Below, piece by piece: positions 21,368 to 32,151 of a stretch of 64,000 nucleotides of DNA (position 1 is the stretch's first letter; the number at the start of each line of letters is the position of its first letter). Source of the stretch: an uncultured Bacteroidales bacterium. GTDB taxonomy: Bacteria; Bacteroidota; Bacteroidia; Bacteroidales; VadinHA17. Under the pieces are notes generated by a model. It ran no database searches. It was not told the origin of the DNA and saw only the letters and a list, made by a program, of their open reading frames with translations. A program made the translations under genes and the position numbers. Location of the stretch: contig CAVTSB010000010.1 of the NCBI GenBank assembly GCA_963737255.1, positions 71,492 through 135,491 on the forward strand. Reading direction: 5' to 3'.

Positions 21368-22846
21368 ATGATAAACCTTAAATCTGCAATAGGCATCGGA
21401 ACTGCTTCACTGGCTGCATTTCCGGTATTCAGCCCAGAAACCAGCTGCCGTAAAACCGGCATCTCCAAATATTGTCCTTATCCTTATGGACGATATGGGT
21501 TATGGCGATATTGGCAGAACAGGCGCAAACCAGTATGAAACACCCAATCTTAACAGTCTTGCAATCCAGGGAATGCAATTCACCTGGTACTATTGCCCTC
21601 AGGCTGTGAGCAGCGCCTCCAGGGCCGGACTTGCTGACAGGCTGTTATCCTAACCGTGTTGGTATCTCAGGTGCTCTGATGCCATGGGCACAGAACGGAA
21701 TCAATCCGGAAGAGACTACAATTGCTGAAGTGCTTAAAACGAAAGGTTATCATACCGGTATTATCGGGAAATGGCACCTTGGTCATCATAAAGAATTCCT
21801 TCCTCTTCAGCATGGATTCGATGAATATTACGGGATACCATATTCAAACGATATGTGGCCGGTCGATTTCGACGGCGTTCCGATCCATCTGAAGGATACT
21901 ACAAGCACAAAGATGAAATATCCTGTCCTTCCTCTGATTGAAGGAAATGAGAAGGTGGGAGAGGTGAGGGATCTTGCCGACCAGGATAAGCTAACGACTG
22001 AATATACCGAACGAGCCGTCAGGTTCATTGAAAACCATAAAAAGGAACATTTCTTTCTATACCTGCCTCATTCAATGGTGCATATACCTCTTGGAGTATC
22101 GGAAAAATTCAGGGGCAAAAGCAAACAGGGATTGTATCGGCGATGTAATGATGGAGGTCGACTGGTCGGTAGGAGAGATAATGAAAGCGCTTGAAAGAAA
22201 CGGTCTTGAGAAGAATACACTTGTAATATTCACAAGCGATAACGGACCCTGGCTCAATTTCGGAAATCATGCCGGAACCACAGGCGGATTGCGTGAAGGA
22301 AAAGGTACAAGCTGGGAAGGTGGACAGAGGGTTCCATGCATAATGAGATGGCCTGGCGTTATTCCTGCCGGTGAAATCTGCAATCAGCTTGCATCCTCTA
22401 TCGATATTCTTCCCACACTTGCAGAAATAACAGGAGCAACACTTCCTGAAAAGAAAATCGACGGAGTAAGCATTCTTCCTCTTATGCTGGAGTAGAAAAC
22501 TGCATCACCCCGACATGAGTTTTATTATTATTATGAGCAAAACAGCCTTGAAGCAGTTCAGCGCGATTTCTGGAAACTTGTTCTTCCTCATAAAAGCCGA
22601 ACCTACAGGGGTCATGAAGCCGGGAGCTGACGGATGGCCGGGACCAACAGGAACACTGAAACCGTTAAGTAACCTCAGCTTTATGATCTCCGACGCGATC
22701 CGGGGGAATGGTATGATGTAGCGCAATATTATCCGGAAAAAGTAAAGGAACTCCAGGCACTGGCAGAAGAAGCAAGAAAAGATCTTGGGGATGACCTGAC
22801 AAATTCTCCGGGAAAAAACAGAAGAAAAGCAGGATCAATTAAATAA
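21368..22846 (+). pseudogene. Ser-type sulfatase 4, five frameshifts plus an in-frame TAG (22493..22495)
   Basis: MINLKSAIGIGTASLAAFPVFS is followed by shifts into PNIVLILMDDMGYGDIG, the FGly motif QAVSSASRAGL|LTGCYPNRVG (S-x-A-x-R), [11 protein letters not shown] and [14 protein letters not shown]. The reading ILPLMLE-TAG-KTASPRHEFYYYY is continuous in one frame. The C-terminus LYDLRRDPGEWYDVA... ends at 22846. Confidence 0.8.
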
Positions 22847-22851
22847 TTAAT

Positions 22852-24533
22852 ATGACAAACATAAAACCATTACTTGGAATTGGAGCGGCTTCTTTGGTTT
22901 CCCTGAATGGAGCCGGTCAGCAGCCACAAAAACGACCTAATATACTCTGGATTTCAACCGAAGATCTGAGCCCTCACTTCGGTTGTTATGGTGACAAAGT
23001 GGCAAAAACACCAAATATCGACAGACTTGCATCCCAGGGTATACGGTATACACAATGTATTTACAACAGCAGCCATCAGTGCTCCGGTCAGGGCAGGAAT
23101 AATTACAGGGATGTACCAGACATCAATAGGATGTATGCACATGAGAACAACATCATACCGGAGATCAGTGGAGAATCCTGTCGAATTTACTGCTGTACCT
23201 CCTCATTATGTAAAAGCATTCACTGAATATATGAGAACAGCAGGTTATTATTGCACAAATAACAACAAAACCGATTACCAGTTTGCAAAGGATCCTGTAC
23301 CGGCAAGCATCTGGGATGAATGCAGCAAGAATGCACATTACAGGAACAGTCCTGATAAAAGCCAGCCATTTTTTGCCGTGTTTAACTGGACTGGGCACCC
23401 ATGAAAGCCAGAACTGGGATATTACCAAAGTAAAAACTGATCCGGCAAAAGTGATAGGTTCCTCCGTATTATCCTGATAATGAAATAATAAGAAGAAATA
23501 TCGCAAAAATGTACGATAATATTGCCAGTCTCGATTCAGTTGTCGGAGTACTTTTGAACGAGCTTGAAAAGGAGGGCGAACTGGATAATACAATAATCTT
23601 CTTCTGGGGCGATCATGGCGATGGTCTTCCAAGAGCAAAAAGATGGCTTTATGATTCCGGACTGAATATTCCTCTGATAATCAAATGTCCCGGCAGGATA
23701 AATGCCGGAACAGTTGATGACAGGCTGATCAGTTCAATTGATTTTGGACCGACAGTACTTTCACTGGCCGGGATTCCTGTTCCTGCACATATGCAGGGAA
23801 TTCCATTCCTTGGTAACCAGGCAGGGAACCCACAGAGATGCTGTATTTGCAGCCCGCGACAGGGTTGATGAATCATATGATATGATCCGTTCGGTACGTA
23901 CCAAAGACTATCTGTATATACGTAATTATTATCCGAACGAACCATTCCCGATCTGGGTTCCATATCTGAGCAATATGCCAATTTACAAGGAGATGCTCAG
24001 GCTCGATGCAGAAGGAAAGCTGACAGGTCCCCAGAAAAGCTGGATGGCATATTCACGACCGCCTGAGGAACTCTATGATGTAAAGGCAGATCCTTTCCAG
24101 ATAAAAAATCTGGTAAATGATCTCAATTAAAAGCAGTTATTTCCGGATCTGCGGCAACGTCATGAAAAATGGACTCTTGAAACAGGTGATATGGGTCATC
24201 TGAATGAGCCTGAAATGATCGAACAGATGTGGCCGGGAGGGATACAGCCGGTAACCGATATTCCGTATTTCATTATCAACTCACCTGAAGAACGTGCATC
24301 TAAAAAATTACCGGACAGGAGGAACATATTCATCTCCGATGACCCTGGGATTTTATTGTCCGACTCATGGAGCTTCAATGGTATATACTCTTGAAGAAAA
24401 AGAAAATCCTCACTGGCTTCTTTACTCAGGTCCTCTGCACCTCAAGCCGGGAACTTATAATATCCGGGTAAAAGCAGTCAGGTATGGCTATAAGGACAGC
24501 GAAGAATTAAAAGGTTCTTTTCGGATAAATTAA
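22852..24533 (+). pseudogene. Ser-type sulfatase 5, five frameshifts plus an in-frame TAA (24128..24130)
   Basis: [20 protein letters not shown], then the FGly motif [14 protein letters not shown] in the next frame. Further fragments are 23283..23477, 23509..23868 (IIFFWGDHGDGLPRAKRWLYDSGLNIP) and 23738..24130. LVNDLN-TAA-KQLFPDLRQRHEKWTLETGDMG is continuous in one frame. A last shift leads into 24294..24533. Confidence 0.8.
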
Positions 24534-24569
24534 CTATATTTAACCACGAAGTCGCACAAAGTTTGCACT

Positions 24570-26135
24570 ATGTACCTCAATTTCAGATACACCGCTCTAT
24601 TGGGAATGGGTGCAGTATTTTGCCAGAACGCCTCATCTCAAAATACATCCCAGCAACGTCCCAATATTATCTACATTATGTCGGATGACCATGCATACCA
24701 GGCTATCAGCGCTTATGGAGGGGCTCTGAAGGATCTGGCTTCGACACCGAACATTGACCGCATCGCCAGGGATGGCATGCGGTTCGACAGGTGCCTTGTT
24801 ACAAATTCAATATCAGGTCCATGCAGGGCAGTGATACTGACAGGTAAATACAGTCACCTCAACGGATTTGTTAAGAATGAAGGGCAGGAGCCATTTGACG
24901 GATCGCAGCAGACTTTCCCGAAAATTCTGCAGAAAGCCGGTTATTCAACGGCTATGATCGGCAAATGGCATCTTGGCTCCGATCCAACCGGATTCGACCA
25001 TTGGGAGATACTTCCCGGGCAGGGCAATTATTATAATCCGGATTTCATTACAAGCGATGGCCGTCATACCGAAAAGGGCTATGTCACTGAACTTATTACC
25101 GAAAAATGTATCAGGTGGCTGAAGGATGCCGGGAAGTCAGGGAAGCCTTTCATGCTGATGATGCATCACAAGGCTCCTCACCGAGAATGGCAGCCCGGAC
25201 CCAATGAACTTTCTCTCTATAAAGATGTAAAATTTCCCGAACCGGCAACGCTTTTCGATGATTATGCCAACAGGGGTACAGCTGAGAAAACACAGGATAT
25301 GACAATCTCAAAGACAATGAGGATCGAAGAGGATCTCAAACTCTACAGGGATAAATCGAAAATGAAGAATACCGGACTTATGCGGATGGATTCGTCCCAG
25401 ATGGCGGACTGGAACGCGGTTTACGATCCGATAATCAGGCACTTTTATGAGTCGGGGCTTACCGGGAATGAGCTGATCCGGTATAAATACCAGCGCTATC
25501 TCCAGGATTATCTTGCGTGTATTGCGGCAGTTGATAAAAGCGTGGGAGAGGTGCTTGATTTTTTGAATGAAAGCGGACTGGACAAGAACACTATAGTGAT
25601 TTATGCATCCGACCAGGGATTCTATCTTGGTGAGCATGGCTGGTTCGATAAACGCTGGATGTTTGAAGAATCATACCGGACACCGCTTCTTATTCAGTGG
25701 CCGGGTGTTATTAAACCTGGTAGTGTAAATGATGATATGGTTTCAAACATCGATCTTCCGGAAACATTCCTTGAAATGGCGGGAGTTGAAGTTCCGTCCG
25801 ATATGCAGGGTAGGAGCATGGTTCCGATTTTAAAGGGAAAGACTCCAGGGAACTGGAGAAAAGAACACTACTATCATTATTATGAATATCCCGGAGCTCA
25901 TATGGTCAAGCGTCATTACGGCATGAGTACCGAAAGATATAAGCTGATGCACTATTATTACGATATTGACGAATGGGAGATGTACGACCGTGAGAGCGAT
26001 CCTCTTGAAATGAGGAATGTTTACAACGATCCTGAGTACAAATCAGTGAAAAAGCACTTGCATAAGAGGCTCGCAAAACTTATGTTAAAATTTGGGGATA
26101 GCGAGGAGCTGGCGAAATCGTTTCTGCCGGATTAA
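24570..26135 (+). CDS. Ser-type sulfatase 6, intact
   Basis: 521-aa uninterrupted ORF with a signal peptide, [21 protein letters not shown], the FGly motif [14 protein letters not shown] (S-x-P-x-R), GKWHLG and [26 protein letters not shown]. Confidence 0.9.
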   Translation: MYLNFRYTALLGMGAVFCQNASSQNTSQQRPNIIYIMSDDHAYQAISAYGGALKDLASTPNIDRIARDGMRFDRCLVTNSISGPCRAVILTGKYSHLNGFVKNEGQEPFDGSQQTFPKILQKAGYSTAMIGKWHLGSDPTGFDHWEILPGQGNYYNPDFITSDGRHTEKGYVTELITEKCIRWLKDAGKSGKPFMLMMHHKAPHREWQPGPNELSLYKDVKFPEPATLFDDYANRGTAEKTQDMTISKTMRIEEDLKLYRDKSKMKNTGLMRMDSSQMADWNAVYDPIIRHFYESGLTGNELIRYKYQRYLQDYLACIAAVDKSVGEVLDFLNESGLDKNTIVIYASDQGFYLGEHGWFDKRWMFEESYRTPLLIQWPGVIKPGSVNDDMVSNIDLPETFLEMAGVEVPSDMQGRSMVPILKGKTPGNWRKEHYYHYYEYPGAHMVKRHYGMSTERYKLMHYYYDIDEWEMYDRESDPLEMRNVYNDPEYKSVKKHLHKRLAKLMLKFGDSEELAKSFLPD

Positions 26136-26156
26136 AGTGTAATGGCCGTTGCACCG

Positions 26157-28805
26157 TTATAACGAAAACCAGTACGATAACTTAACCAGGAAGATATTCT
26201 GCGGAGTGGTTGAAAACAACTCTTTCATATCATAACCATATGAAAATTTCCCAATGTTATCCGAGCTGGTCCTTCCCTGTGACCATACAAGATATAGTGT
26301 CGACCCCGGCAGGTATTCCCATCTTACAACAAGATTTGAACGGAACTGACGGAAATTGAAATCAGGCCGGCCAAAAGAATAATCATTCGTTCCCTCCCCG
26401 TCTTCATCAACAATATAAATGTCGTTTGCTTCATCAAGTCTTATCTCCTGATCGTTGAACAGATGATACCTGTCTCTGTAGGATTCTGCATCGGGATCGG
26501 TGATGATTTTGAAATTACTGTATTTACCTGCAGAAACAAACGGTTGTCCATAGTATTCAATTGTAAGCTCGGGATTAATTGTAAAATTGATTCGCATTGT
26601 CATACTGAGGGTTTTCTGATCAAGCTCCCCGAATACATACCGCGGTTCACTATTAAAAATTTTGCCTGTCAGGTATTGAAGCTTTATGTTCTGAGAGGTA
26701 TATTCAGGTTCTGCTGATATTGACAATGAATTCATGGGCTTCAGATCAAAGCCGCCCCAGAAAGCATGAATCCTGATACTGTTCAGGTCTCCAAAATCGT
26801 GATAGGTGCCTGTGTATAACACTATCTTTTTCGACCTGTCGGTACGTAGATTAAGGTTAAACGAGATATCCCCCGGGTTCAGGAAAGAGGGTCCTCCCCT
26901 GAGCAGCGACCTTGATATGTTCTCGCTCTGCCTGTTAAACGATCCGTTGATCGACCACCTGTTTTTGAACTGTGAATTGAAATTCAAGTTCGTATTGAAA
27001 GAAAGCAGCTTGCCTGAATAATCGAGGTAAAGCCAGTAATTCGTATTGAGGTAGAAATTGTTGAAGATCGCAAATGGATTCCTGATATAATAGGCAGCCC
27101 ACGATCCATGATGAATCACATCGGAGTACCTCATGTAGCCGATATCGTTGAACTCGAGCCCTGGTGACCGCATGGTAAGACTTGTCTCAAACTGCAGCTT
27201 TTTCTCGCTTAAACGGCCGACTTTGACGGTTCCTCCGATTCCTGCGAGTGAGGTTCTTGCTGAATCAACAGACAGGTAACCGGCATCAGGCCTCTGAAAA
27301 TACCTTGCCGAAGAGGTCTGCAGGCCGGTAATGGAGTTTTCAGTACCTCGTATGCTGCTGAATTCGGTGTTCCCTGATACATACCAGGTCCTTTTCTTCC
27401 AATAATGCTTAAAATCAAAACCGCCTGTAACAGCAGAATTCGGCAGGTAATTAAGTGCAGGAGTTGTGATATCGCGGTTCACTGAAGTTATTATTCCTCC
27501 TATGACGGTTTCACCTTTGTTGAAGTCCTGCTGAAGCCTGCCGACGAAAAAGTTAGTCAGCGGTTCCACCGGCTCCTTTCTTCTGACTCCTGAATTATCG
27601 ATTGTCGCATTTTCCTCAGCAGTTAAGCTTTCAAGGATCCCTATCGACAGGCCTTTCCTGGTTTTGCCCGACAATTTCGCAGCGCCAAGGATTGTCGTCG
27701 ATTCAGGCATGTCAGCATATTCACCTTCTGAGAGGGAAGGGTAGTTGTGCGGGTATCTTCCTATCCTCCTTGAATAGAAAAGATTGTCGGAGTACATATT
27801 GTGGATCACGATTGTCTGGCTGGGCTGGAACTGGAAGATGTTACTGCCCTCGATAAAGAAGGGGCGCCGTTCGGAAAAAAAAGTTTCAAAAGCCGAGAGG
27901 TTGACTTCCGACGGGTCGGCTTCGACCTGGCCGAAGTCCGGATTGACCGTCAGATCGAGGGTAAGATCATTTGTAATGCCGAATTTACCGTCAAGTCCTG
28001 CTGATAACCTGTTGGTTTTTCCTGTGAGGAACGGATTGCCTGCTTCCTTTTCAAACCTTTCGGTTTTAGCAACAACGTAGGGAAGAAGCTCTACCTGTTT
28101 CTTCGGCTTTATGTTCTTTATACCGTGAAGTTCGCCGTAAAGATGAATTATACCAGGGGAACCTTTCGGGATATACTGCCATGTTGACCGTTCCTCAAGC
28201 CTGTATATCTGCCGCATTACCTGGATGCCCCACTGCTGTTCCTCCTTCTTGCCAAACCGTAACTGACTGTACGGGATCCGTATTTCAGCATTCCATCCCT
28301 CATCATCAATGGATGTCCCAAGATACCAGACCGGATTCCAGCTTGAATCCCAGTTGTTGCCATCCTCTGACGCTGCCTCATCACCTTTGGCTCCGGATGC
28401 CAGTGCAGTAAATACGAATGCAGTTTGATGGTCAAAATAACTGTCGATGGCAATCGATACCATATCCCCCGTAAAATAATCCCTTCTTGTCAGGATCCGG
28501 CTTATCTTCCCGGCTTCCGTGTCGAGAGCCCTGATAAAAATATACAGGTTATTGTCGTCAAACAAAATCTTGAAACGGGTCTCCTGGGATGGCGGCTTAT
28601 TCTCCTCGGGCGACATCTGAATAAAACCACCTTCCCATTCCACCGTGCTCCAGCAATCGTCGTTCAAAAGGCCATCGATAACGGGGGGCGCAGTTGCAAA
28701 CTTTGTATTATATATTTTCTTTTCAATAGCTTCCTGAGAATAACCCCGTAACGCACCTGTTATTAACAGTATTATTAAAATTCCCCCACGTAATATTGAT
28801 TTCAT
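26157..28805 (-). CDS. Large secreted protein with CBM9/DOMON-like N-terminal domain and DUF5916-like beta-rich body
   Basis: 882 aa with a signal peptide (MKSILRGGILIILLITGALRGYSQ). The segment APPVIDGLLNDDCWSTVEWEGGFIQMSPEENKPPSQETRFKILFDDNNLYIFIRALD is typical of CBM9-like modules. The C-terminus is KLSYWFSL. The family name is from memory of similar Bacteroidota proteins. Confidence 0.6.
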   Translation of the reverse strand: MKSILRGGILIILLITGALRGYSQEAIEKKIYNTKFATAPPVIDGLLNDDCWSTVEWEGGFIQMSPEENKPPSQETRFKILFDDNNLYIFIRALDTEAGKISRILTRRDYFTGDMVSIAIDSYFDHQTAFVFTALASGAKGDEAASEDGNNWDSSWNPVWYLGTSIDDEGWNAEIRIPYSQLRFGKKEEQQWGIQVMRQIYRLEERSTWQYIPKGSPGIIHLYGELHGIKNIKPKKQVELLPYVVAKTERFEKEAGNPFLTGKTNRLSAGLDGKFGITNDLTLDLTVNPDFGQVEADPSEVNLSAFETFFSERRPFFIEGSNIFQFQPSQTIVIHNMYSDNLFYSRRIGRYPHNYPSLSEGEYADMPESTTILGAAKLSGKTRKGLSIGILESLTAEENATIDNSGVRRKEPVEPLTNFFVGRLQQDFNKGETVIGGIITSVNRDITTPALNYLPNSAVTGGFDFKHYWKKRTWYVSGNTEFSSIRGTENSITGLQTSSARYFQRPDAGYLSVDSARTSLAGIGGTVKVGRLSEKKLQFETSLTMRSPGLEFNDIGYMRYSDVIHHGSWAAYYIRNPFAIFNNFYLNTNYWLYLDYSGKLLSFNTNLNFNSQFKNRWSINGSFNRQSENISRSLLRGGPSFLNPGDISFNLNLRTDRSKKIVLYTGTYHDFGDLNSIRIHAFWGGFDLKPMNSLSISAEPEYTSQNIKLQYLTGKIFNSEPRYVFGELDQKTLSMTMRINFTINPELTIEYYGQPFVSAGKYSNFKIITDPDAESYRDRYHLFNDQEIRLDEANDIYIVDEDGEGTNDYSFGRPDFNFRQFRSNLVVRWEYLPGSTLYLVWSQGRTSSDNIGKFSYGYDMKELFSTTPQNIFLVKLSYWFSL

Positions 28806-28976
28806 TTTATTGCGGCGTTTCAGACTTACAGAATATAGAAAAGACAGTTAAAAACTTAAATTGTTGCAATCCCCGTGCCCGATTCTCAGTTTTCTTTTCA
28901 CTGCGTATGAACATTAACCTTTACCCTTACTTCCCTGGATATAAACCTTAAGGAATGCACCGGACCATAAGCTATT

Positions 28977-29612
28977 TCAATTGGTTTTCCTGAGAAAAAT
29001 ATCCCCGCTGATGGTCCCGAGCGTTATAGGTGTACCTCCGTCATTCAGTTTTTCCTTTATTACTGATTGTCCGATCTTATTGTCCCGGTCAGCGGTGAGA
29101 TCGTGATTTGTATAAACCGTTCCCGTAATCGTTGAAAGCTCAAGATCAGCCTTTATGGTCTGGGGTACTGCAAGGTCGATAAAACCGCTTATCGACTTTA
29201 CCTTCATCTCGTCAGTGCGTCCCACTATTGTAACATTCCCGTTGATGGTCTCAAGAAAGAAAGGGGTACGCTCCGGAATAAAGACCTGCCAGTAGATCTC
29301 AGATTCGTTACAGCAGTCATCCCTGTCTTTAAAATAGTCTTTTTTGAAGTTTGCTTTTATATCAACCACGTCGCCGCTCTCCGTAAAAGAAATCTGATAC
29401 GCATCATTATCCTTATTGTCATTGATTTTTACCGAGGCGGTGACATATACTTCATTTTTCTGCCAGGTCTGGATATCAATTGAATCGGCTATCTGGATGT
29501 TAAGATCGACTGATTCCTTCCCGGAAAAGCTGATATGCTTTTCTGTTTTAGCCTGAGCATGGGTTGCAGTAATGCTAACCAATGCTGCAATGATTATTGC
29601 AATTGTTCTCAT
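28977..29612 (-). CDS. DUF4097-family beta-strand-repeat protein (putative adhesin fold)
   Basis: 211 aa with a signal peptide (MRTIAIIIAALVSITATHAQA). Repeated motifs (INGNVTIVG, ISGFIDLAVP, ITGTVYTN, ISGDIFLRK) are characteristic of DUF4097. Confidence 0.65.
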   Translation of the reverse strand: MRTIAIIIAALVSITATHAQAKTEKHISFSGKESVDLNIQIADSIDIQTWQKNEVYVTASVKINDNKDNDAYQISFTESGDVVDIKANFKKDYFKDRDDCCNESEIYWQVFIPERTPFFLETINGNVTIVGRTDEMKVKSISGFIDLAVPQTIKADLELSTITGTVYTNHDLTADRDNKIGQSVIKEKLNDGGTPITLGTISGDIFLRKTN

Positions 29613-29655
29613 TGAATTTAATATGAATTACTTAATTACTCAAAGGGGAAGGGTA

Positions 29656-30435
29656 TCAGTTACCCTTCCTGATAAAAACATTCCCGCTGATTGTGGCAAT
29701 GCTGAATTTTGGGCCTCCTCCGTTCAGGGCATAGCCAACTTCATTACCTCCTACCTTTTTAAGATTATCCCGTGTTTCGGAGAAATCGAAGTCGGACCAG
29801 AAACTGCCGGTCACCGTTCTGAGTTCAAGGTTTGCTGCTGTTTTGGCAGGAAGTGTGATGTCAATTTCTCCGCTTACTGCGTTAATTGACATGGGTCGGT
29901 CAGGGGCCAGATTGCTGAACGATATATTAATGTCCCCGCTTATTGTAGAAAGAACAATCGGACCGGTCACATTCCTGAGATCGATGCCGTGGCAATTCTG
30001 TATTTCAATTTCATTTTTCATATTGGCAACAGAGATGTTGCTCGACCGTTCACATCCGCTTTCGATTTCAAGCGAAAGATTATCAGGCACCCTGATCTTG
30101 TAATCAGCGTGTCTGGTTATAGGAAGTATGCAGACAACAGAAATAGTGCTGCCGCTTTTCTCCACTGAAAGCCCAATGCCGGAATTATCATTTCCTCCGG
30201 GATAGACCGGTTTCAATCCTTTTGCTCTTTCAGGAGGAACAAATTCCCCGTTTTCGGCTGAAATAACTACTTCATTTCCGCTGTAGCCTTCAATTGGAAG
30301 GTCATTCGGAAAGTTCATCAGGATAAGCTTTGCTTCCCTGGTATTCTGTACCGAAATTTTGTGCTCCTGCGCTGAAATTATTCCGGCAGATAGGAGCATC
30401 GTTAATACCAGCATCTTTAATCTCATGTTTGTCAT
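29656..30435 (-). CDS. DUF4097-family beta-strand-repeat protein
   Basis: ORF 29656..30474; the likely start is MTNMRLKMLVLTMLLSAGIISAQ. Repeats include ISGDINISFS, VSGEIDITLP, VTGSFWSDFD and ISGNVFIRKGN. Confidence 0.65.
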   Translation of the reverse strand: MTNMRLKMLVLTMLLSAGIISAQEHKISVQNTREAKLILMNFPNDLPIEGYSGNEVVISAENGEFVPPERAKGLKPVYPGGNDNSGIGLSVEKSGSTISVVCILPITRHADYKIRVPDNLSLEIESGCERSSNISVANMKNEIEIQNCHGIDLRNVTGPIVLSTISGDINISFSNLAPDRPMSINAVSGEIDITLPAKTAANLELRTVTGSFWSDFDFSETRDNLKKVGGNEVGYALNGGGPKFSIATISGNVFIRKGN

Positions 30436-30517
30436 AATGTTTTTTAGTTTTGAATGATCTGATAAACCCGGCATTTACCTGATCGGTTAATTATTGAATT
30501 CAATTTTATTTTAAATA

Positions 30518-31324
30518 TCATATAAGCATCTTAACCCCTTTCTCGGCTACGCTTCTCACTTCGTCAAGAGTGTTATCGTCGGAGATTATCCGTTCAATGG
30601 GTTTAATGGCGTTCTTCTCTCCAATCCCCACAAGAATATTAATCAGTGTCACCTGCAGGATCGGATCATCCTGCCTCTGAAGTGAGCTGACAAGTGAATC
30701 GCACACGGATCGCTGTGACGTAAATTTTGATAGAGCGAATGCCGCGGTCATTCTTACATTTACATTCTTGTCGTTGTTAAGCGTTTCGACAAGCGCATTT
30801 ATAATGTTTTCATCCGGGGCATCAATTTCCTCAGCATAATTGACAGCCTGGATCCTGTAGCTCGATGATTCATTCTTAAGCATCGCGAAAATCGAATTTA
30901 CCTTCAGGGAATTGATTTCTGACTGCATCCCTGCAATTTCCTTCATCTGGCCCGATCGGGCAATAAGGGAATAAAAGACCACGCCAATAAGAGTGCCTGC
31001 AATGAGGAGCGCAATACCTGCTGCTATCCTGTAAATACTCCTTCCATACCAGGGGATATGCGATTCCTTCACAGCAGCCCTTCTTCCGGTTTCGTTTCTT
31101 TTTATTTCGCTGTGCAGCATGTGATAGAAATTTATCCGCATGGAATCATCAGGCTTTTTCATTTCTTCCTTCGATATCAGCTGCAATATTTCCTTCAGGT
31201 CCCTCAAGTCGTCGAGGCATTTTTCGCATGTCTCAAGATGCCTTTCAATCTCGCCCGTCTTTTCCGGGGCGAGGTTCATATCAAGGTAGTCAATCATCAG
31301 GGGTTCCACATCTTCACACTTCAT
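30518..31324 (-). CDS. Anti-sigma factor: zf-HC2, single TM helix, HEAT-repeat C-terminal domain
   Basis: 268 aa. The N-terminus has HLETCEKCLDDL (zinc-finger anti-sigma motif) and the TM helix is IAAGIALLIAGTLIGVVFYSLI. The C-terminus has HEAT-like repeats (ALVETLNNDKNVNVRMTAAFALSKF..., LINILVGIGEKNAIKPIERII). It lies 11 nt downstream of the sigma gene. Confidence 0.75.
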   Translation of the reverse strand: MKCEDVEPLMIDYLDMNLAPEKTGEIERHLETCEKCLDDLRDLKEILQLISKEEMKKPDDSMRINFYHMLHSEIKRNETGRRAAVKESHIPWYGRSIYRIAAGIALLIAGTLIGVVFYSLIARSGQMKEIAGMQSEINSLKVNSIFAMLKNESSSYRIQAVNYAEEIDAPDENIINALVETLNNDKNVNVRMTAAFALSKFTSQRSVCDSLVSSLQRQDDPILQVTLINILVGIGEKNAIKPIERIISDDNTLDEVRSVAEKGVKMLI

Positions 31325-31335
31325 ACCGCGTATTT

Positions 31336-31878
31336 TTAATATTGTTTCATAAAGATGGTCTTCAACTGTTTCATTGCCCGGTGCATTGCAACCTTTATGG
31401 CAGGCACCGACTGGTTTATCATCGACGAGATCTCTTCATACTTAAGTCCCTGGTATCTGCTCAGGATAATAATCTCCCTCTGCACATTGTTGAGTTTGGA
31501 GAAGGCCTTTTCAAGCCGTTCAAAGTCCTCTTCCGGAAAAGCTTCGGTCAGATCGGCCATCACATCAGGATATGTTTCAGTCTGCATAAAAATGTTATCA
31601 TCCTTCTTCTGATGGTTGCAGTAATCAGCATGAAGGTTCCGTGCTATCTGGTAAATCCACGATTTAACGCTGCTTCCTGTCTTGTATGAATGCCTGTACT
31701 TTATCATCCTGTAAAACAAATTCTGGGTAAGATCCTGACTTGGTTCCCTTTTAAGTCCCATTTTCAGAAAAAAATTGAAAAGCCTCAGATGATACCTTTC
31801 AAAAAGGACTGCCATCCCGGAGAGATTTCCATTTTTAACGTTCAGCATCAAAGTTTCGTCAGGAATATTCTCAGCCAT
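31336..31878 (-). CDS. ECF-type RNA polymerase sigma-70 factor
   Basis: 180 aa. Region 2 (DLTQNLFYRMIKYRHSY...SWIYQIARNLHADY) and region 4 HTH (REIIILSRYQGLKYEEISSMINQSVPAIKVAMHRAMKQLK) are present. Confidence 0.9.
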   Translation of the reverse strand: MAENIPDETLMLNVKNGNLSGMAVLFERYHLRLFNFFLKMGLKREPSQDLTQNLFYRMIKYRHSYKTGSSVKSWIYQIARNLHADYCNHQKKDDNIFMQTETYPDVMADLTEAFPEEDFERLEKAFSKLNNVQREIIILSRYQGLKYEEISSMINQSVPAIKVAMHRAMKQLKTIFMKQY

Positions 31879-32151
31879 GTTAATAAGGGTTTCTGTAATG
31901 GTTACCTGTAAAGTTATAAATGGTTACACTCAAAGGCCTGAAATTTTTTAATATTTCGGCGAATCCAGTAGTGAACTGTTAAAAGTTATATAGCAATCCT
32001 TTTACTTCAGGAATTTCATAATTTTTTCCGGGCAGATACTTTTGAGGAATAATACGTATTATAAGACATATTATAATACGTTTTATATTGGCGCCTATAT
32101 AAATTTATGCGCGTTTGTACCACACCCACTTTTTCCCCCTCTCCCGGTGTT

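Noticed and set aside
16726-24533. Programmed ribosomal frameshifting, or an alternative genetic code, as the explanation for the broken sulfatase and propeller genes.
   Set aside because: The shifts go in both directions and occur up to ~9 times per gene. There is no shared slippery heptamer or downstream structure at the sites I inspected. TAG, TAA and TGA all terminate the many intact genes in the window at the expected positions.
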